The translations under genes were made by a program, and so were the position numbers. Positions 59,040-64,000 of a stretch of DNA of 64,000 nucleotides are shown one piece after another. Each line of letters opens with the position of its first letter. Within the stretch, counting starts at the first letter, position 1. The notes under the pieces are model-generated. The model had not been told where the DNA came from, made no database searches, and saw only the letters and a list, made by a program, of their open reading frames with translations. The stretch covers positions 3,584,001 to 3,648,000 of the forward strand of contig OY771506.1 of NCBI GenBank assembly GCA_963674705.1, read 5' to 3'. This stretch comes from Phycisphaeraceae bacterium (lineage in GTDB: Bacteria > Planctomycetota > Phycisphaerae > Phycisphaerales > Phycisphaeraceae).

Positions 59040-59070
59040 TTAACGGTTAGAGCGTTCTCGATCCAATCGT

Positions 59071-59156
59071 GGGGGCGCCACACTTTGGCCCGAAGGGTAA
59101 AGTGTGCACTGTCAACGCACACTTTGCTGCTGGGCAGTCAAAGTGCGGCACCCCCA
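59071..59156. repeat. Inverted palindromic REP-like pair
   Basis: GGGGCGCCACACTTT...AAAGTGTGC / GCACACTTT...AAAGTGCGGCACCCC. Confidence 0.55.
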
Positions 59157-59194
59157 AGCACTACGCTTGGTTATAGAGTGCACTGGCGCCCAAG

Positions 59195-59228
59195 AAAAAA
59201 CCCACGCCCGGTAAAGGGCGTGGGTTTG
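59195..59228 (-). terminator. Intrinsic terminator of the 59257-60153 gene
   Basis: AAACCCACGCCC/GGGCGTGGGTTT stem with an A run on the left. Confidence 0.8.
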
Positions 59229-59256
59229 AGACTTCTTTACGAAACGGCTTGGCCGA

Positions 59257-60153
59257 TTAGTATTCCATCTTGATCCCGAAGGTGCCGTAGACGCTGTAAT
59301 CGTCGCTGCCGGTACCGAAGGCTTCGCTGATATCCTGGGCGGTGTCGCCGAGGAAGATCACGTGGACGCCGGCGCTGGCGGTCCAGTTGCCGTAGTCGGC
59401 GGGGATCAGGTCAGCCAGCGGGGTGCTGAACACGGCGCCGATGTCAAGGTAGCCGAAGGTATCATCGTCGCCCATGCCGTTTTCATAGTAATCATCGAGG
59501 CTCAGGCCGACCTTCACGGGGATTGTCATATCAACGGTGACGCTGTCGCTGCCGCAGACATCTTTCCAGGCCGGGGCGATGCCGAGTTCAAGGTAGGTAC
59601 CCTTGTTGGTACCGGCATCCGAACCGCCATCGGTTTCAATCGCCAGGGTTGCGTACGGATTCAGCGCGAAGCCGTCCTGGCCCCACAGGCCGGTGTCGTC
59701 GTAGCTGACGGTAGCATCGACTTCTTCCGCGAAGATGTCGCCACCAGAGGGGTTGTACAGAACGATGTAGCGGAGGTCGACCGACACATCACCGGATGTT
59801 GCTGTCACGCCGGCGTAGAAGTCGGATTCGTACCAGGCGTCGCCCGGGGTGCTGTCCTGCACGCTGTTCCACAGACCAACCGAACCGGTCAGGGTGTAGT
59901 CGTCCTTTTCGATCAGGGTGGCGGTCATGTCAACCCAGGGCTGAAGGATCAGGCCTTCATTTTCCTGGCCGATACCGCGGTACCAGTATTCGGTCACCAG
60001 ATCGAAGCCGGTGGACCAGGCGACCTTACCGGTGTTAACCGGGGGGGCGTCCTGTGCCTGAGCGGTGGAGGTACCCATGAGCGTCATCGCGGAAACAGCC
60101 GCGAGCAGCGCAAAGGTGCGAGGTCGTGCAATGGGAGAGAGGGTTGGTGTCAT
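59257..60153 (-). CDS. Outer-membrane beta-barrel protein (TorF/TIGR02001-like)
   Basis: Signal peptide; EYWYRGIGQ, ESDFYAG; C-terminal aromatic residue. Confidence 0.75.
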   Translation of the reverse strand: MTPTLSPIARPRTFALLAAVSAMTLMGTSTAQAQDAPPVNTGKVAWSTGFDLVTEYWYRGIGQENEGLILQPWVDMTATLIEKDDYTLTGSVGLWNSVQDSTPGDAWYESDFYAGVTATSGDVSVDLRYIVLYNPSGGDIFAEEVDATVSYDDTGLWGQDGFALNPYATLAIETDGGSDAGTNKGTYLELGIAPAWKDVCGSDSVTVDMTIPVKVGLSLDDYYENGMGDDDTFGYLDIGAVFSTPLADLIPADYGNWTASAGVHVIFLGDTAQDISEAFGTGSDDYSVYGTFGIKMEY

Positions 60154-60239
60154 GGCAGATAGTTCCTTCTAACTGTGACTGTTTTTAACGATGCATCATT
60201 ATGCCTACCCGGGTAGGCAATGCGTTGCATATTGTACAC

Positions 60240-60254
60240 GCAACTGACGTGCCA
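60240..60254 (-). promoter_or_regulatory. Sigma54 (-24/-12) promoter
   Basis: Reverse strand TGGCAC-GTCAG-TTGC, a perfect consensus match. Confidence 0.75.
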
Positions 60255-60452
60255 TTCACATCAGCCGCAACATCATACCGATTACGGTCACCTCTTGCGT
60301 CGGCAAGTGTTTAGTGCAAACTTTTTATTTTCTTTTAGGGACAGGCCTTACCCAATCCGGTGCCCAAATACTAGGCAAGACGGGGCCCTCCGGAGTGCCT
60401 TTGCTTAAACAGTAATCGGCGCAGATGGGCGGAAAAGGTATACAAATATCCG

Positions 60453-62024
60453 TTATGCCGGTGCAATGCCCCGTTGCAAATCCTGGACACGTTGCGCCTG
60501 CGCCCGGCGGACGTTGTCCAGCGTGATTCGTGCGATCTTGAAGTTCGGATCGTCCTCCGGGCTCAGCCGGCAGTGTTCCTGGATCAGGCTGTAGAGGAAC
60601 TTGAACGCGTCCCGTGGTTGCTGCATCTGATCCAACGCGTCGATCACCGCATCACGTGTCACGTCCGGCTGGAAAAGGTCCATCAACTGAATGGGTTTGT
60701 CGCCTTCATTCTCAGACGTTCGGCAAGCTCGCAGCCGACTCGTGCAGATGTCGTACAACGTTGCGCCTGACCAGGTCAAACGATCCACGACATGCTGCTT
60801 GTCGAGACGCGCTTCTTCAAAGAATGCGGGAGACTCACGATGAACAAGATGCCTCAGTTCGATCGGTAGCAGCAGCTTGATGCCCACTCCCTTCTGCTGC
60901 AGGAATTTGTTGTCCAGCATCGGCCAGATGATCGCTCGCATGCGATCCGCTTTGCCCTGGATCACCGTCGGCTCATCCACACGATCCACCAGCACGACGA
61001 TGCCCGCATAACCAATACCGGTTAAGACTTCGATGAACTGACGTGTTAACTGGTACCGGCTGTCACTGCGATCGCTGTCTTTACTCGTCGGAATCGGCTG
61101 CCCGGCAATCTCGGATCGACCAAGTACCTGAAGCATCACGGACAGGTCCGCTGTATCACGCTTGATCGCGGGCATCTGTGTCACGAAGTCCTTGCAGTAA
61201 TACCGCCATCGGAAGTAGTCGACGATCCCTGCGACTCCCGAAAAGATTCCAAATGCAAGCAAAATACCCGCGATGATCACGTAGAAGTTGACCGGTAATC
61301 TGGCCTGTTCTTGTTCCTGGAGTAAATATGTGTACGCATACGCACCCCCCAGTGCGACAAGACCAAGAATCGCCATACACACACCGATCCACGCCCAGGG
61401 CACGGGCATCTTCCATCCCAATCCTAAGCGTCCGCGCAGCTTCTTCCAGCGGCTGACTACTGCGCCCGCTTTCGGCTGATCGTAAAGCGCTGACAACACC
61501 GCCAGATTCACGCGAGTCGATCGTGGCAGCTTTCGCAGTTTCTTTTTCAACTCACGCCAGTTGTGGGCTGGTTTCGTCCCTTGGATCGGGTCAGCAGACT
61601 GTTCACCGAGCAGCGCGTCATTCAGTTGTGTCACCGCGATCGACAGGATCGCGTCCTGGTGGTCCTCCAGCCGAAGTTCATCCAGCATCGATTCGACATT
61701 GCCGCCGCAGGCCGACAATAGCTGATCCAGCACCGGGTTCAGGTCGTCGTATGGCACGGTCAAGACCAGCTTGTCCGGATGCTCCGCGTTGTGCCTCGCG
61801 ATCTGGTTGGCGAGCATGATCCGGATCGCCGTCTTACCGCTTCCCTTTTCCCCGAACACGATGCTCGTGCCGGGCTGATCAACCTTGCCCATCACCTTGC
61901 CGAACTCAGGATGCGACAGGTCTTTTTCGATCAGACGCTCAAACACCGGGTCCAGCCGGGCCTCCTCGGCGCCGTACGGGTTCTCTGTGATCTGGTAATG
62001 TGCAAGGAATGAGTCGATATTCAT
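60453..62024 (-). CDS. P-loop NTPase with two TM helices between the Walker motifs
   Basis: GEKGSGKT; VLVDRVDE; two hydrophobic segments. Confidence 0.75.
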   Translation of the reverse strand: MNIDSFLAHYQITENPYGAEEARLDPVFERLIEKDLSHPEFGKVMGKVDQPGTSIVFGEKGSGKTAIRIMLANQIARHNAEHPDKLVLTVPYDDLNPVLDQLLSACGGNVESMLDELRLEDHQDAILSIAVTQLNDALLGEQSADPIQGTKPAHNWRELKKKLRKLPRSTRVNLAVLSALYDQPKAGAVVSRWKKLRGRLGLGWKMPVPWAWIGVCMAILGLVALGGAYAYTYLLQEQEQARLPVNFYVIIAGILLAFGIFSGVAGIVDYFRWRYYCKDFVTQMPAIKRDTADLSVMLQVLGRSEIAGQPIPTSKDSDRSDSRYQLTRQFIEVLTGIGYAGIVVLVDRVDEPTVIQGKADRMRAIIWPMLDNKFLQQKGVGIKLLLPIELRHLVHRESPAFFEEARLDKQHVVDRLTWSGATLYDICTSRLRACRTSENEGDKPIQLMDLFQPDVTRDAVIDALDQMQQPRDAFKFLYSLIQEHCRLSPEDDPNFKIARITLDNVRRAQAQRVQDLQRGIAPA

Positions 62025-62162
62025 CCGTGGTTTCCCGTCGACGGATTCAAGGGATGCGGTCCGGGGCCGACCCCTATAGACTATCGGCCAAAGACCGGCC
62101 CCCCAAATCGGGCCATGTGCAAAAGTTCCAACGGATCACGGGTAGACCGTCGTATCCGGCCG

Positions 62163-63743
62163 ATGAAACCAGTTATGACGTTTAATCAGCCCGATCTCAA
62201 TACGTTTAAGCAACTCGCCCAGACCACGCCCACCGAGGGCAGACGCCTGCTCGTGCCCATGTTCCGTCGGCTGTTCAGCGACTCTCTGACGCCCGTGCTG
62301 GCATACCGCCGCCTCGTCCGCCCGGATGATCGGCTCGCCCCCAGCTTCCTGCTCGAGTCCGTCGTCGGCGGAGACCAGATAGGCCGATACAGCTACCTCG
62401 GCGCTCAGCCGATCGCCGAAGTCATCGCCCGTGACCACGATGTCGAATATCGCGATCACCGGGACAGCTACCAAACCAAGAAGTACCGCAGCGACGACCC
62501 GCTTCTGGAGATGGACCGGGTCACCTCCACTTGGCAGCCGGTGAGTGTTCCGGGATTGCCTGAATTTTCCGGCGGCTGGGTCGGCTACGCTGGCTACGAC
62601 ACCGTGCGCTACCTGGAAGGGGAGGTTCTGCCCTCACCGCCCCCGGACGACCGCCACCTGCCCGATCTGCACATGCAACTCTACAACGATGTGGTGGCCT
62701 TCGACAATGCGCAGAAAGCCGTGCTCGTGGTCACACATGTGCTGCTGGATGAATACCCCACAGCCGAAGATGCGTATAACGCGGGCCAGACCCAACTCGA
62801 TAAGATCTGCAAACGCCTGCTCGCGCCCCACGCCGATGAGCACGGCATGGAACTGCCTGCCGGGCACGTCGATCTTTCAACGCCGCCTCGCAAGCTGCCG
62901 ACTAGCTCGCTGGGGGAGGGCGGGTATCAGAAAGCTGTCGAAGCCTGCAAGGAATACATCAAGGCAGGCGACGCCTTCCAGATCGTGCCCAGTCAACGTT
63001 TCAGCCTGAAAACCAAGGTCGATCCGTTCGATATCTATCGTTCGCTTCGCGTGGTGAACCCTTCGCCTTACATGTTCTACATGCAGATCGATGGCGGCAT
63101 GCTCGTCGGCTCCAGCCCCGAAATCCTCTGCAAGGTCGAGGATGGGCTGATCACGAACCGGCCGCTTGCCGGCACACGCCACCGCGGCAAGACCCCCGAA
63201 GAAGACCTCGCACTTGAGCAGGAACTGATCAACGATCCCAAGGACCGCGCCGAACACATCATGCTCGTCGACCTCGGCCGCAACGATGTCGGCCGCGTCG
63301 CTCAGCCCGGCACGATCGAACTGCCCGAGATATTGACCATCGAACGCTACAGCCACGTCATGCACATCTCGTCCATGGTCACCGGACGTCTGCGTGAAGG
63401 CTTGACCGCGTGGGATGCACTGCGTGTGACGTTACCCGTCGGCACGGTCAGCGGGGCCCCCAAGGTCCGGGCGATGCAGATCATCGACGAACTGGAAAAG
63501 ACCCGTCGCGGACCCTACGCCGGTGCGGTCGGTTACGCCGACTTCTGTGGCAACATGGATATGGCCATCGCCTTGCGGACCATGGTCATCATGCCCGCCC
63601 AAGCAGGGCAGTGGCACGTCCATCTGCAGGCCGGCGGTGGCATAGTCGCGGACTCCGATCCGGATGCCGAACACCAGGAAACGGTCAACAAGGCCGCCGC
63701 CCTCGCCAAGGCCGTCGATCTCGCCGAATCGGCCTTTGGGTGA
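62163..63743 (+). CDS. trpE: Anthranilate synthase component I
   Basis: FLLES, NPSPYM, GSSPE, PLAGT, AEHIMLVDLGRND, GTVSGAPK. Confidence 0.93.
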   Translation: MKPVMTFNQPDLNTFKQLAQTTPTEGRRLLVPMFRRLFSDSLTPVLAYRRLVRPDDRLAPSFLLESVVGGDQIGRYSYLGAQPIAEVIARDHDVEYRDHRDSYQTKKYRSDDPLLEMDRVTSTWQPVSVPGLPEFSGGWVGYAGYDTVRYLEGEVLPSPPPDDRHLPDLHMQLYNDVVAFDNAQKAVLVVTHVLLDEYPTAEDAYNAGQTQLDKICKRLLAPHADEHGMELPAGHVDLSTPPRKLPTSSLGEGGYQKAVEACKEYIKAGDAFQIVPSQRFSLKTKVDPFDIYRSLRVVNPSPYMFYMQIDGGMLVGSSPEILCKVEDGLITNRPLAGTRHRGKTPEEDLALEQELINDPKDRAEHIMLVDLGRNDVGRVAQPGTIELPEILTIERYSHVMHISSMVTGRLREGLTAWDALRVTLPVGTVSGAPKVRAMQIIDELEKTRRGPYAGAVGYADFCGNMDMAIALRTMVIMPAQAGQWHVHLQAGGGIVADSDPDAEHQETVNKAAALAKAVDLAESAFG

Positions 63744-63830
63744 TGTTCAATCTTCAATGTTCGATGTTCAATCTGACAAGTAAGTTACGTCAATACAAAG
63801 ATTGAACATTCCACATCGAACATTGAACAT
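63743..63830. repeat. Inverted heptamer-repeat hairpin
   Basis: (ATGTTCA)n arm 63743-63776 and (TGAACAT)n arm 63799-63830. Confidence 0.65.
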
Positions 63831-63859
63831 CCCGCATCTATCCTGCCGATAATCCCTGC

Positions 63860-64000
63860 ATGCATACTGACGTCGACACGATCCTCAAGCTCGAAGTACC
63901 GCTACTGGTGATGGTCGGCGAATGCCGCATGCCCGTTGAAGATGTCCTGTCTCTGGGCCCCGGCGCTATCCTCGAACTGGAACGACCCGCCGACAGTGAC
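63860..64000 (+). CDS. FliM/FliN (SpoA) family protein, partial at window edge
   Basis: Manual translation MHTDVDTILKLEVPLLVMVGECRMPVEDVLSLGPGAILELERPADSD. Confidence 0.75.
   Translation, partial: MHTDVDTILKLEVPLLVMVGECRMPVEDVLSLGPGAILELERPADSD

Overview
Bacterial DNA, most likely from a planctomycete (Phycisphaerae-like). The lineage call is an inference from the PEP-CTERM protein, the ExbB/ExbD/vWA/TPR/HEAT cluster and the style of the hypothetical genes. The window has two halves. Positions 1-~32820 look like a mosaic, partly decayed genomic island. It carries stress cargo (Hsp20-GroES-GroEL, GT4/GH130, two desaturases, NhaA, hemolysin-III protein, a CheB-CheR-PAS-HWE kinase and a REC-DUF2294 fusion) and many gene fragments (STAND NTPase, integrase, N-ATPase gamma, IS3, phosphoketolase, RHS, FG-GAP). 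It ends in a phage-like XRE / H1-like wHTH / DUF5131 / AAA module and a tRNA-Leu-like 3' fragment (putative att). Positions ~32820-64000 look like core chromosome: an Fe3+-type ABC transporter with the ExbBD cluster, a pentaheme cytochrome, LPS genes, rpsL-rpsG, a SAM-I riboswitch operon, a sigma54-type outer-membrane protein gene, trpE and the start of a FliM/FliN gene. Best leads: (1) a ~230-bp promoter + covarying structured RNA + terminator module present twice, 19 kb apart, upstream of unrelated genes (candidate riboswitch or sRNA); (2) a SAM-riboswitch-led cluster of ThrC-like enzyme, sulfur carrier, NIL, ThiF, DinB x2 and cysteine desulfurase, consistent with sulfur-carrier-dependent homocysteine synthesis; (3) the island-terminal regulatory/ATPase module with operator-like and origin-like repeats. 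All calls come from reading the sequence; no database searches were run.
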